From an uncultured Burkholderiales bacterium (GTDB lineage: Bacteria; Pseudomonadota; Gammaproteobacteria; Burkholderiales; Burkholderiaceae_C): 64,000 bases of DNA. Position 1 is the first letter of the stretch. Each line of letters begins with the position of its first letter. This document shows positions 9,507 to 19,019 of the stretch, piece after piece. The notes under the pieces were generated by a model. That model saw nothing but the letters and a program-made list of their open reading frames with translations, ran no database searches and was not told the DNA's origin. The translations under genes were made by a program, and so were the position numbers. The DNA lies in the NCBI GenBank assembly GCA_903880855.1, contig CAIRQX010000103.1, forward strand, positions 61,161 to 125,160, given 5' to 3'.

Positions 9507-9547
9507 CAAAATATTTTGTCGATCAATTAAAAATATAAAGATCAATC

Positions 9548-10207
9548 ATGTCTATCAAGTTTTACGGATTCTGGCGTTCGCTGGCCGCATACCGCGTTCG
9601 AGTTTCGCTCAAGCTCAAAGGGTTAGCCTATGAAGAAATTCCAGTTAATTTATTAGCAGGTGAGCAGCACGATTCCGCCTACTTGGCAATTAACCCTCAA
9701 GGCGCAGTGCCAGCACTCGTTATTGAGGGGCTTTCAAAACCCTTATTTCAATCCCTTGCAATTTTGGATTATTTGGAATATGCCCACCCAATCCCGTCAC
9801 TAATGCCTTCCCTGCCGGCGGATAGAGCAAGGGTGCTTGCGCTTGCGCACCTTTGTGCAAGTGATGGACATCCCCTAGTGGTTCCTCGTGTTAGAAACTA
9901 TCTACAAAATACTTTGAAATTAGAAGAAACGGCTCGAAACCAATGGCTACAGCATTGGACATTCGAAGCATTGAATGCCTATGAACGTGTTTTGACTCAA
10001 GACCCGCGTGGCGGAAGATTCAGTCATGGGGATCAAGTGTCAGTTGCTGATTTATGTCTTGCTTCCCAAGTTGTTGGAGCAGAATTATTTGGATGCGAAT
10101 TAGTCCGTATCCCACGCGTAATGGATATTTTCAAAGAACTCATGACTTTGCCTGCCTTCTCTGCTTCTATGCCGAAGCGACAGTCCGATGCGCCACAGCA
10201 AAATTAG
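9548..10207 (+). CDS. maiA: Zeta-class glutathione S-transferase / maleylacetoacetate (or maleylpyruvate) isomerase
   Basis: 219 aa. The N-terminus KFYGFWRSLAAYRVRVSLKLKGLAYEEIPVNLLAGEQ...INPQGAVPALV matches the GST-zeta/MaiA pattern. Confidence 0.7.
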   Translation: MSIKFYGFWRSLAAYRVRVSLKLKGLAYEEIPVNLLAGEQHDSAYLAINPQGAVPALVIEGLSKPLFQSLAILDYLEYAHPIPSLMPSLPADRARVLALAHLCASDGHPLVVPRVRNYLQNTLKLEETARNQWLQHWTFEALNAYERVLTQDPRGGRFSHGDQVSVADLCLASQVVGAELFGCELVRIPRVMDIFKELMTLPAFSASMPKRQSDAPQQN

Positions 10208-10280
10208 TTCAACTAGTTTGCGTACTTAACCAAAACACAGAATTAATCTTTATTTTCAACAAACCTTAGGAGATATTTCA

Positions 10281-11405
10281 ATGATTTTTACTTGTGCCCC
10301 TACCTGCAAACACCCATACCACCAACACGGAAAAACGACCAAAGGTGCCGCTGGTATGTTCACGTCGCTAGCCACTAAAAAATTAGCCAAGCGTAAAGAC
10401 GGCCATTTGAATATCGACGTCCATTGCCATTACTTCAATCCGGCTGTTGGGCAAAAAGCATCAGTTCTCAAACCTATTGAGCAAGAGGTTGGCCATATTT
10501 TTGCCAACCAGTTAACGCGCGATACCAATGCCAAACAAATGCGTGACAGAGCGCCCATGTTGTCAGACGTTGCTGTTCGCCTGAAAGATATGGACCGTAT
10601 GGGCGTGGATATTCAAGCTGTCTCACCCGCGCCATTCCAGTATTACTACTTCGCTGAGCCTGCTTTTGGCGCCGAGTTAGCGCGTGATGTGAATGAGGGC
10701 ATGGCCAAACTGGTGGCCCAACATCCTGACCGTTTGATTGGCTTAGGCACTGTGCCTTTGCAGGACGCTGGTTTAGCCGTCAAAGAACTCAAGCACGCAG
10801 TCAAGAATTTAGGTTTGAAAGGTATTGAGATCAATACACACGTCAACGGCAAAAACCTGACCGATCCATCGCTCAAATTAGAAAAATTCTTTGCTGCCGT
10901 GAGTGAGTTGGGCGTTCCTTTGTTCATTCATCCCAATGGATTCACCGAAGCCAGTCGTCTCGAAAACCATTATTTCAATAACGTGATTGGTAATCCCTTG
11001 GACACCACCATCGCTGTGAGCCATTTGATTTTTGATGGTGTCATGGAGCGCAACCCTAAACTGAAAGTGTTGTTGGCACATGCTGGTGGCTATCTGGCAC
11101 ATTATTGGGCGCGTATGGACCATGTGTATGGCGCGCGTCCTGATGGTCGTTCCGTCATCAAGCGTAAGCCTTCTACCTACCTTGAGCGCTTTTATTTCGA
11201 CACCATCACATTCGACCCAGGCATGCTTCGCAACATGATTGAGCGTTTTGGTGCTGGCCATGTGATGTTGGGAACTGACTATCCCTACGATATGGCAGAG
11301 GTGGATCCATTAGGTCTTGTATCTGCTGTCAAGCGTTTGAACAAAGACGACAGAGACTTGATCACTGGTGGAAACGCTAAAAAACTGTTCAAGATCAAAT
11401 CTTAA
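10281..11405 (+). CDS. Amidohydrolase-2 (ACMSD-type metal-dependent decarboxylase/hydrolase) family protein
   Basis: 374 aa. HxH metal motif IDVHCHYF and C-terminal LGTDYPYD. AGGAGA Shine-Dalgarno before the ATG at 10281; alternative ATG at 10356. Confidence 0.75.
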   Translation: MIFTCAPTCKHPYHQHGKTTKGAAGMFTSLATKKLAKRKDGHLNIDVHCHYFNPAVGQKASVLKPIEQEVGHIFANQLTRDTNAKQMRDRAPMLSDVAVRLKDMDRMGVDIQAVSPAPFQYYYFAEPAFGAELARDVNEGMAKLVAQHPDRLIGLGTVPLQDAGLAVKELKHAVKNLGLKGIEINTHVNGKNLTDPSLKLEKFFAAVSELGVPLFIHPNGFTEASRLENHYFNNVIGNPLDTTIAVSHLIFDGVMERNPKLKVLLAHAGGYLAHYWARMDHVYGARPDGRSVIKRKPSTYLERFYFDTITFDPGMLRNMIERFGAGHVMLGTDYPYDMAEVDPLGLVSAVKRLNKDDRDLITGGNAKKLFKIKS

Positions 11406-11421
11406 AAAGTAAAAGCTACAT

Positions 11422-12312
11422 ATGAAAGTCGCCATACTGGGCCTAGGCCGAATGGGCAGTGCGATAGCCGAGCGGTTGTTAGACACGGGCCATTCGCTCG
11501 TGGTTTGGAACCGATCTGCTGGTAAAGCCAAATCGCTACTTGATCGTGGCGCCGTTTGGGCTGCAACTCCGCAAGAGGCAGTTTCTAAAGTTGATTTAAC
11601 TTTGTCTATGTTGACAGACGCGGCTGCTATTGAAAATACCTATTCTGGAGTGAACGGCGCGCTGACTGGGGATGTGAAGGGTAAGTTGTTTGTGGACATG
11701 AGCACTGTTCGTCCAGAAACATCTATCCATCTCAATTCCAAAGTGGCGGCTGTTGGAGCTGCACTTTTAGAGTGCCCAGTAGGCGGTACGGTCGGTCCTG
11801 CCAAGCAAGGTCAGTTATTTGGTTTTGTGGGAGGGGAGGCTACTGATTTTCTTCGTGCCAAGCCTTTGTTGGAACAACTCTGTCGCCGCGTGGAGCATGT
11901 GGGTGCCATTGGTGCAGGGGCCAGCATGAAGTTAGCCGTGAATCTCCCGTTATTGGTCTACTGGCAGGCATTGGGCGAAGCCATTTTGATGGCCAAACCG
12001 GCAGGACTTTCAGCTGAGAGATTGATGGATATTTTGGCTGACACGCCTGGTGCACCTGGCGTTATCAAGTTTCGCGGTTCCGCTGTGGTTGCGTCTTTAA
12101 ATGGCATTGACCAAGGGCCTGCGCATTTCAATATTGACTCCATACGCAAAGACCTTCGCGCCATGATGGCCGAGGCTAAGGCCATGGGCTACGAGTTGCC
12201 TACGGCAAGTGCCACCATGCGGGTATTTGACCAAGCTGCCGCCGCAGGCCTTGGTGATGGTGACGGAACGCAGCTCGCCGCATGGTGGATCGCTAATTCG
12301 GGAAAGAAGTGA
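11422..12312 (+). CDS. NAD(P)-dependent beta-hydroxyacid dehydrogenase (3-hydroxyisobutyrate / 6-phosphogluconate dehydrogenase-like)
   Basis: 296 aa. The N-terminus MKVAILGLGRMGSAIAERLL carries the GxGxxG dinucleotide fold. Confidence 0.8.
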   Translation: MKVAILGLGRMGSAIAERLLDTGHSLVVWNRSAGKAKSLLDRGAVWAATPQEAVSKVDLTLSMLTDAAAIENTYSGVNGALTGDVKGKLFVDMSTVRPETSIHLNSKVAAVGAALLECPVGGTVGPAKQGQLFGFVGGEATDFLRAKPLLEQLCRRVEHVGAIGAGASMKLAVNLPLLVYWQALGEAILMAKPAGLSAERLMDILADTPGAPGVIKFRGSAVVASLNGIDQGPAHFNIDSIRKDLRAMMAEAKAMGYELPTASATMRVFDQAAAAGLGDGDGTQLAAWWIANSGKK

Positions 12313-12776
12313 CAGTATTTCAATTGAACGGTGCAACAACCTCGACTGCGGTCGATGGTAAGTTGCCCTTGGTCCATGTCTTGCGAAACCCATGCGATGC
12401 CAAAGATGTGCGCTTTGGTTGTGGTGCAGGTAACTGTGGCGCATGCACCGTCATAGTCGACGGCGTTGCACAGCAGTCTTGCGGCTTATCTACCGAGTCG
12501 ATAGAGGGGTGTGACGTGTTCACACCTGCCGCCTTGCAAAGTGATCCCGTTGGATCAGTTGTTTTGCAAGCTTTTTTAGATGAGCAAGCTGCGCAATGCG
12601 GTTACTGCATCAATGGCATCTTGATGTCTTTGACTGCATTGTTAAAACGCGAGCTAAATCCTTCCAAAGAAAAAATCATAGAGACCTTGAATCGCCATCT
12701 ATGTCGCTGTGGTGCACATGCCCGTATTTTGCGAGCCACAGAACTTGCGATGCATCGCCTGCAAGCCAAAGGTTGA
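12309..12776 (+). CDS. (2Fe-2S)-binding small subunit of a molybdenum hydroxylase (IorA-like)
   Basis: 155 aa. Two cysteine clusters: CGAGNCGACTV and CGYCINGILM...CRCGAH. GTGA overlap with the upstream gene. Confidence 0.85.
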   Translation: MTVFQLNGATTSTAVDGKLPLVHVLRNPCDAKDVRFGCGAGNCGACTVIVDGVAQQSCGLSTESIEGCDVFTPAALQSDPVGSVVLQAFLDEQAAQCGYCINGILMSLTALLKRELNPSKEKIIETLNRHLCRCGAHARILRATELAMHRLQAKG

Positions 12777-12778
12777 AT

Positions 12779-14911
12779 ATGGCAACAGGTATACCAACCA
12801 GCATACAGACAGCACCTTTGTTGAAACAATGGGTTCAATTATTAGCGGATGGCCGCTTTCAAATTTATAGCGGTAAAGTTGAACTTGGACAGGGTATTTC
12901 AGCGGCCTTGGTCAAAGTGGCTTGTGAAGAGCTCTGCATTCATCCTGGGCAGGTTGATTTAGTAGCAGGGCATACCGCATTGAGCCCAGATGAAGGCTAC
13001 ACCGCTGGTAGTCTTTCTATTGAAGCAGGTGCGACTGCACTCAGGCACGCCTGTATCTATATGCGTCTGTTGTTTGCCATACAAGCAGCAGAGCACCTTG
13101 CTGTTAACTTGGAAGACTTAACGCTCGACCAAGGTATGTTTGGTGCGTTGCAGTCAAAAGAAAAAATTGGGTTTCATGCGCTAGCTAAAGACACCAATTA
13201 CGCGCTTATTCGCGTTGACACACCATTAGACCAAAGCCGTGATGTCAAAAATCTAGTGCAACTTCCGGATGAGGAATTCATACGTTTTGATCTCAAAGGT
13301 AAATTCACTGGAGCAGGCTTTGTACACGACATGGTTCGCAGCAATATGTTGCACGCCCGCATTTTGCGAGGCCCCCATGCTGAAGCCCGAGCACGTCTTG
13401 TCGATGCTGCGCACTTACGATCATTTGAGGGAGTTACCAAATTAGTCATTCAAGGTGATTTCATTGCGCTGTTGGGGCCAGATGAAGGAATGCTTTTGCG
13501 CGCATATGAAAAAGCCTATGCAACGATTGAATGGCAATTACCAAACTTACCTGCATTCCAAGAGATTGAAACCCTACTCACCAGTTTGCCTTCTGTAGAT
13601 GAAAAGGTAGTCGCCCAAGGGAAGGCATTACCTTCTTCACAGCGTCTCACGCGACGGTATTCCAAACCTTATATTGCACATGCATCGATAGGTTTGGCAT
13701 GTGCCTTAGCGGAACCAATGCGTCACTCTGCTAACAAAGCAGGACTGACGGTGTACACCCATTCGCAAGGCGTTTTCAAGCTTAGGCAGGAGATTGCCGC
13801 TGCCCTTGGCATATCTGTAGATATGTTGGATGTTGTGCATAGCCCAGGTGCGGGTTGCTATGGACACAACGGAGCAGACGATGTGGCGTTAGACGCTGCG
13901 TTTCTAGCCCACCACTTGCAAGTGCCAGTGCGTGTGCAATGGACACGTCAAGATGAAATGAGTGTGTCTCCGTTAGGTTCTGCTAGTTTGATAGAGTTGA
14001 GCGCAGGAGTAAACGACCAAGGGCGCATCGCAGATTGGCAAGCGCAGGTTTGGAGCCATAGCCATTTAAATCGGCCTGGTTGGTTACCTGGTAGCAATCT
14101 ACTCGGTGCATGGGCCTTAGACCCCAAAGCTCCAAGACCTGTTCAGAAAGACCAAGTGCTACCAACGGGCGGTGGATTGCGCAACATCATTCCTTATTAC
14201 GATTTGCCGGCACTCGACGTCATGCACCACTTTGTTCCTGAGGGACCTTTGCGTGTGTCAGCCCTGCGATCCTTAGGAGGGTTTGCCAATACGTTTGCTA
14301 TTGAATCTTTCATGGATGAACTGGCCGAAACCGCAACAGTAGACCCTCTTGAGTTTAGGCTTCGCCATCTAACCGATACAAGGGCCAAGCATGTTTTACA
14401 AGCCACAGCTGATGCAGCGAACTGGGATTCACGTGGTGAGGGTCTAAACGGCCACGGATACGGAATAGCCTTCGGCCGTTACAAAAACCATGCAGGGTAT
14501 TGCGCGGTGGTAGTGCAAATAGAGGTGGGTGAGAGCATCCGTGTGCAACAGGTATGGTGCACGGTAGACGCCGGTCGCATCGTGCATCGCGATGGATTGC
14601 TCAACCAAATTGAAGGTGGTTTGTTGCAAGCCATCAGTTGGACATTGAAAGAATCCGTGACATGGGGGCCTGCAGGCATCACAAGCAATTGCTGGGACAC
14701 CTATTCGATATTAGGGTTTGACGAAATTCCGCAACTCCATATTGATTTGGTGGATGCTATGGACCAGCCCAGTATTGGTGCAGGTGAAGTGGCAGCAGGG
14801 CCTCTTGCTGCAGCGATTGCAAATGCTGCCCACCACGCCTTAGGTGTTCGGCCGCGTCATTTGCCTTTGACGCCAGACCGCCTTTTGCAGTTAATACATT
14901 CGCAAGACTAG
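12779..14911 (+). CDS. Molybdopterin-dependent oxidoreductase large subunit (isoquinoline 1-oxidoreductase beta / IorB-like)
   Basis: About 710 aa from the ATG at 12779, 2 nt after the small-subunit stop. Xanthine dehydrogenase-family large-subunit-like sequence. The track ORF start at 12596 lies inside the upstream CDS. Confidence 0.8.
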   Translation: MATGIPTSIQTAPLLKQWVQLLADGRFQIYSGKVELGQGISAALVKVACEELCIHPGQVDLVAGHTALSPDEGYTAGSLSIEAGATALRHACIYMRLLFAIQAAEHLAVNLEDLTLDQGMFGALQSKEKIGFHALAKDTNYALIRVDTPLDQSRDVKNLVQLPDEEFIRFDLKGKFTGAGFVHDMVRSNMLHARILRGPHAEARARLVDAAHLRSFEGVTKLVIQGDFIALLGPDEGMLLRAYEKAYATIEWQLPNLPAFQEIETLLTSLPSVDEKVVAQGKALPSSQRLTRRYSKPYIAHASIGLACALAEPMRHSANKAGLTVYTHSQGVFKLRQEIAAALGISVDMLDVVHSPGAGCYGHNGADDVALDAAFLAHHLQVPVRVQWTRQDEMSVSPLGSASLIELSAGVNDQGRIADWQAQVWSHSHLNRPGWLPGSNLLGAWALDPKAPRPVQKDQVLPTGGGLRNIIPYYDLPALDVMHHFVPEGPLRVSALRSLGGFANTFAIESFMDELAETATVDPLEFRLRHLTDTRAKHVLQATADAANWDSRGEGLNGHGYGIAFGRYKNHAGYCAVVVQIEVGESIRVQQVWCTVDAGRIVHRDGLLNQIEGGLLQAISWTLKESVTWGPAGITSNCWDTYSILGFDEIPQLHIDLVDAMDQPSIGAGEVAAGPLAAAIANAAHHALGVRPRHLPLTPDRLLQLIHSQD

Positions 14912-14919
14912 AGGCCTGA

Positions 14920-16146
14920 TTAAAGCAACAAGCCACCTTGTGGCTGTAAGCCCAAGGCACTTTGTCCGTAGGCCGCACCATGGACATCCCAAGTGAGGCC
15001 GATGTGAGATGAAGCGGCATGGATATCTCTGAATTGCCTTTGAAGCGGTAGCTGCAAAGAAAGACCTGCAGCACCAGCCGCTGGCATCAGCGTGTCAATA
15101 CTGCGAACAGCCAAACTAGTTGCAAACGCAGCATTGCGTTTCCAGCGCAGCTTGGTCTCCATAGTTGGAAACTCATTACGTTCTACAGATTCTTCTAAAT
15201 CAGTCCAGTCGCGTCGAATCACTGTCTCTGCAAACTCGACACAGGCAGCGGCTTCTGCGATACGCGCTTGTACGGGGCCGAGTTCAGCAATGCGTGAGCC
15301 GGTATAAGTACCAGCGCGGTTACGCATACTGGTGGTGAACTGTTCAACTGCCGCCTTTGCTGTACCCAATGGAACGACAGCAAGCACATAAGCAAAAGCT
15401 GCAAATGTTGGCATTTGGAATAGCTTGTTGCTATACAACTTCGCGCCTGGCAAGTTTTGACCAGCAGCGAAAATTTCGGCTGAGACACTGCGGTGTTCAG
15501 GCACAAAGGCATCCGTCATATGGACATCATGGCTACCCGTACCACCTAAGCCATACGCTTGCCAGTTGTCTTGGCTCTTAAAGTCAGCTTGTGGAATTAA
15601 AAAGAGGCGACGTTGTGGGGCGCCTCCAGTTTGTTCTGTCATGGCACCTACCAACATCCAAGTTGAGGCATCTACACCGCTAGCAAAGGGATACTTTCCG
15701 CTGACCTTGTACCCGCCTTCTACAGGGATGGCTTTGCCGCAAGGAAATGCAAAACCAGTGGCTGCAAGGGCGAACGGATCATCACCCCATACATCTTCTT
15801 GCGCTTGCAACTCGAACTGTCCGATATTCCAGGCGTGAGAGGCTAAATTAGAGTAAGCCCACGCGGTAGAGGAGCATCCTTTACAAATCTCGAGAACGGC
15901 ATCCATCAACACGCCAAGACCTAACTCGGAACCACCAAAGCGCTTAGGCTGCATCAAACGCAACAACCCACTGGCGTTGAGTTCTTCAATAGATTCTTCA
16001 GGAACACGACGAATTTTTTCAGCATGGGCTGCACGTTCAGCAAACTTCGGCGCAAGACTTCTTGCAACTGCGACGGCCTCTTCTGCTGTCAACACGGGTG
16101 AAGAGAGAACTGATTTGGCTGGAGTAGAAATAACGCGTAAATTCAT
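14920..16146 (-). CDS. Acyl-CoA dehydrogenase-fold flavin-dependent monooxygenase (oxygenase component, HsaA/C2-like group)
   Basis: 408 aa with an acyl-CoA dehydrogenase-type N/M/C domain pattern (e.g. GGYKVSGKYPFASG), as seen in two-component aromatic hydroxylases. Confidence 0.65.
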   Translation of the reverse strand: MNLRVISTPAKSVLSSPVLTAEEAVAVARSLAPKFAERAAHAEKIRRVPEESIEELNASGLLRLMQPKRFGGSELGLGVLMDAVLEICKGCSSTAWAYSNLASHAWNIGQFELQAQEDVWGDDPFALAATGFAFPCGKAIPVEGGYKVSGKYPFASGVDASTWMLVGAMTEQTGGAPQRRLFLIPQADFKSQDNWQAYGLGGTGSHDVHMTDAFVPEHRSVSAEIFAAGQNLPGAKLYSNKLFQMPTFAAFAYVLAVVPLGTAKAAVEQFTTSMRNRAGTYTGSRIAELGPVQARIAEAAACVEFAETVIRRDWTDLEESVERNEFPTMETKLRWKRNAAFATSLAVRSIDTLMPAAGAAGLSLQLPLQRQFRDIHAASSHIGLTWDVHGAAYGQSALGLQPQGGLLL

Positions 16147-16155
16147 GGTGTGTCC

Positions 16156-17076
16156 CTATCCATTGACCTTAAGGTAGACCGCATAAAGAGATGTTGTTCC
16201 GCAAATAAAAAGTCGGTTACGTTGCACGCCACCAAACGTCAAATTCGCCACCATCTCAGGAATTTTTATTCTACCGATGAGTTGCCCATCTTGTCTGTAA
16301 CAGATGACACCTTCGGCACAGCTAGTCCACAACCTATCTTCGTTGTCAATTCGAAAACCATCGAAGAATCCAGCGGGACATTCAGCAAAAACGGTCGAGT
16401 GACCTAGGGTTTTTCCGGATGCATCGACATCTAATCGACGAATGTGTTTGGGTCGGGTAGGGCCCTCGGTGCCACCACTATCTGCAATGAATAAGTATTT
16501 TTCATCTGTTGAGAAAGCCAAGCCATTGGGGTGATCGAAATCATCAGCAACACGCTTGACTTCTAAGGTTTGGGGATCGATTCGGTAAACGTGGCAGCCG
16601 TCCTGTTCCATGGTGTCGACTTTGCCTTCATAGTCGGCAATGATTCCGTAATCGGGGTCTGTAAACCAAATGGAGTAATCCGACTTCACAACCGCGTCAT
16701 TCGGAGAATTCAAGCGTTTACCCTTGTACTTATCCGCCAGCACTGTGATGGATCCGTCATGCTCAGTTCTGGTGAGTCGGCGGTTGTAGTGTTCACAAGT
16801 AATTAAACGGCCTTGTCTGTCTGTGGTGTTGCCATTGGCAAAGCCAGAAGGAGATCTAAAAACTGAGACAGAGCCATCTGTATCGTCATAACGCATGATT
16901 TTGTTGTTGGGAATATCGGACCACAACAGGTATCTGCCACCGCCAAACCATGCAGGACCTTCAGACCATCTGCCGCCTGTCCATAAGCGCTCAACCCGCG
17001 CGTGACCGACAAAACAGTTTGCAAATTCAGGTTCGATGACTTCGAATCCGCTGCCTTCAATTTCTCCATAAAACAT
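16156..17076 (-). CDS. SMP-30/gluconolactonase/LRE family lactonase
   Basis: 306 aa. Beta-propeller repeats with NSPNDAVV, WFTDP and HPNGLAFS. Confidence 0.85.
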   Translation of the reverse strand: MFYGEIEGSGFEVIEPEFANCFVGHARVERLWTGGRWSEGPAWFGGGRYLLWSDIPNNKIMRYDDTDGSVSVFRSPSGFANGNTTDRQGRLITCEHYNRRLTRTEHDGSITVLADKYKGKRLNSPNDAVVKSDYSIWFTDPDYGIIADYEGKVDTMEQDGCHVYRIDPQTLEVKRVADDFDHPNGLAFSTDEKYLFIADSGGTEGPTRPKHIRRLDVDASGKTLGHSTVFAECPAGFFDGFRIDNEDRLWTSCAEGVICYRQDGQLIGRIKIPEMVANLTFGGVQRNRLFICGTTSLYAVYLKVNG

Positions 17077-17176
17077 GGCTTGTTCCTAAATATGTAATGT
17101 GTACAAAAATTTAACAGAATTTGCTTGACTTGCGTGCAAAATCCAATCACCTCTCTCCAATCTTAGGGAAACAATT

Positions 17177-18079
17177 ATGGAAACAAAAAAATCATTGCTT
17201 AGTGACAGAGCACCATTTCGGGCCATTGTCGATAGACCCCGTTTACAAATGCCAGATGACAGCAGGATGCTGGTGTGGATCATTGTGAACGTCGAGCACT
17301 GGACGATTGAGAGAACCATGCCTCGAACGGTATTGCCGCCGCCTATGGGGCAACCTCTGATGCCCGATCTACCAAACTGGTCTTGGCATGAGTACGGAAT
17401 GCGGTCTGGATTTTGGCGAATTTTTGATGCATTACAGCAACGCGGAATAACTCCCACCTTGGCCATCAACGGCATTGTGTGCGAGTCTTATCCTTCCATT
17501 GCCCAAGCTGCGCACAAAGCCGATTGGGAGTTCATGGGGCATGGGTATATACAAGGTCCGATGCACAAAGTAGATGACCAAGTGCAAGCAATTGACCAAA
17601 CTATTCAGTCGATCAAAAAACTCACTGGAAAAGCACCTGTCGGTTGGGAGAGCCCCGGCCTTTCAGAAACAGACGACACCCTAGATTACTTGTCTGCAGC
17701 AGGTATTACCTATGTGGCCAATTGGGTGATGGATGATTTGCCAGACTGGTTACATGCCAAGCCAAAACCTGTTTTGGCTGTGCCTTACACCTTGGAACTC
17801 AATGACATTCCGATGATGGCAGTGCAATACCACCGCAGTGATGAGATGTACCACCGTGGCGTTTTGCAGTTAGACCGTTTGTGGCGCGATGCCGCCAAAA
17901 TCCCGCGTGTCATGGCCATTAGTGTTCATCCCTACATCACAGGCGTGCCACATCGCATTGATGCATTCGAAAAACTTTTAGATGCCGTTTTGGCAAAACC
18001 AGAAGTCAAAGTGATGACGGGTGAAAAAATCGCCGACTGGTACACGGCGCAAGTCCCAGCCAGCACTGCATTTAAATAA
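17177..18079 (+). CDS. Polysaccharide deacetylase (carbohydrate esterase 4-like) family protein
   Basis: 300 aa. VWIIVNVEHW...WEFMGHGY pattern recalled from divergent NodB-fold proteins. No search was run. Confidence 0.55.
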   Translation: METKKSLLSDRAPFRAIVDRPRLQMPDDSRMLVWIIVNVEHWTIERTMPRTVLPPPMGQPLMPDLPNWSWHEYGMRSGFWRIFDALQQRGITPTLAINGIVCESYPSIAQAAHKADWEFMGHGYIQGPMHKVDDQVQAIDQTIQSIKKLTGKAPVGWESPGLSETDDTLDYLSAAGITYVANWVMDDLPDWLHAKPKPVLAVPYTLELNDIPMMAVQYHRSDEMYHRGVLQLDRLWRDAAKIPRVMAISVHPYITGVPHRIDAFEKLLDAVLAKPEVKVMTGEKIADWYTAQVPASTAFK

Positions 18080-18087
18080 GACTTCAG

Positions 18088-18894
18088 TCAATGCATGCGT
18101 GCAAAGCCTTGAACTAATTTCACAAATTCATCTGGGCGTTGCATAGCAGATATATGCCCACAAGGGTCGAGCACAGCAACTTGGCTTCCCTTGATTTTGT
18201 TGGCCATCAATTGCAACTCAGCGGGAGGTGCGCCCATATCTTGGGCGCCTGCCACGAACATGACTGGGATTTGTATCTTATGCAAATCGTCCATCATGCG
18301 GACGTTTTGAATGGCGCGAATACATGTCTCAAAGCCGTCAACTGAGTTTTTAGAAACAATCGCCGCCATGGTTTTCATTTGGTCTGGGTTGGCAGCGATG
18401 TAATCTTGGGCAAACCAGCGAGCAATGGAAGACTCTGCTAAAGCCTGCATTCCGCCACCCGTGCGAGCTACTTCTATGCGCTGGTTCCAACCCTCTATAC
18501 CTGCTGCGTCAATTCGTCCGCGGCAATTGCATGCCATCAAACCTAGCAAGCGGTCTGGGTGATGAAGGGCCATGGTGAGCCCAGTCATACCGCCTAATGA
18601 AATACCTGCGAAGAATGCTTTTTGAATCTTTGCCGCATCCAAAACAGCGACCACATCATCGGCCAAGTCACTCAACTGTATGTTGTTGGGTGCGCATTTG
18701 CTCAATCCATGCCCGCGTGTGTCATAGGTGACAACCAAATACTCTTTTGTTAGTTGCGGCAAAACCAGCTGCCACATATCGCGGTCAGTGGCTAAGGAGT
18801 TAGATAAGACTAGGGCGGGGTTCTTGGCGTCACCGTGAACGGAAAATGAAATGACGGATCCGTCAGGACGTTGGATGGATTGTGAAGTACTCAT
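18088..18894 (-). CDS. Alpha/beta hydrolase, 3-oxoadipate enol-lactonase (PcaD)-like
   Basis: 268 aa. Nucleophile elbow GISLGG and an N-terminal HG...ALVLSNSLATD...YDTRGHGLS pattern. Confidence 0.7.
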   Translation of the reverse strand: MSTSQSIQRPDGSVISFSVHGDAKNPALVLSNSLATDRDMWQLVLPQLTKEYLVVTYDTRGHGLSKCAPNNIQLSDLADDVVAVLDAAKIQKAFFAGISLGGMTGLTMALHHPDRLLGLMACNCRGRIDAAGIEGWNQRIEVARTGGGMQALAESSIARWFAQDYIAANPDQMKTMAAIVSKNSVDGFETCIRAIQNVRMMDDLHKIQIPVMFVAGAQDMGAPPAELQLMANKIKGSQVAVLDPCGHISAMQRPDEFVKLVQGFARMH

Positions 18895-18934
18895 TTTTTT
18901 CTCTTTGGTTTTGGAGATGTTTAGGTGACAAAAG

Positions 18935-18964
18935 TTGACAACTGAGACGGTACTTATCTATTAA
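18935..18964 (+). promoter_or_regulatory. Candidate sigma70-type promoter for the 19020 gene
   Basis: Perfect -35 TTGACA (18935-18940), an 18-nt spacer, then TATTAA (18959-18964). Pattern match only. Confidence 0.3.
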
Positions 18965-19019
18965 GATGAATCAGCAGAAGTCTCTTCGAATATTTCATTT
19001 TTCACAATTGGGGTTAACT

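Noticed and set aside
12596-12778. 5'-extended versions of track ORFs (12596, 8736, 18966, 24540, 26169, 31285, 44119, 54368, 60691)
   Set aside because: The extensions overlap the preceding CDS or the riboswitch and add non-homologous N-termini. Internal starts give the canonical N-termini and sensible operon junctions.
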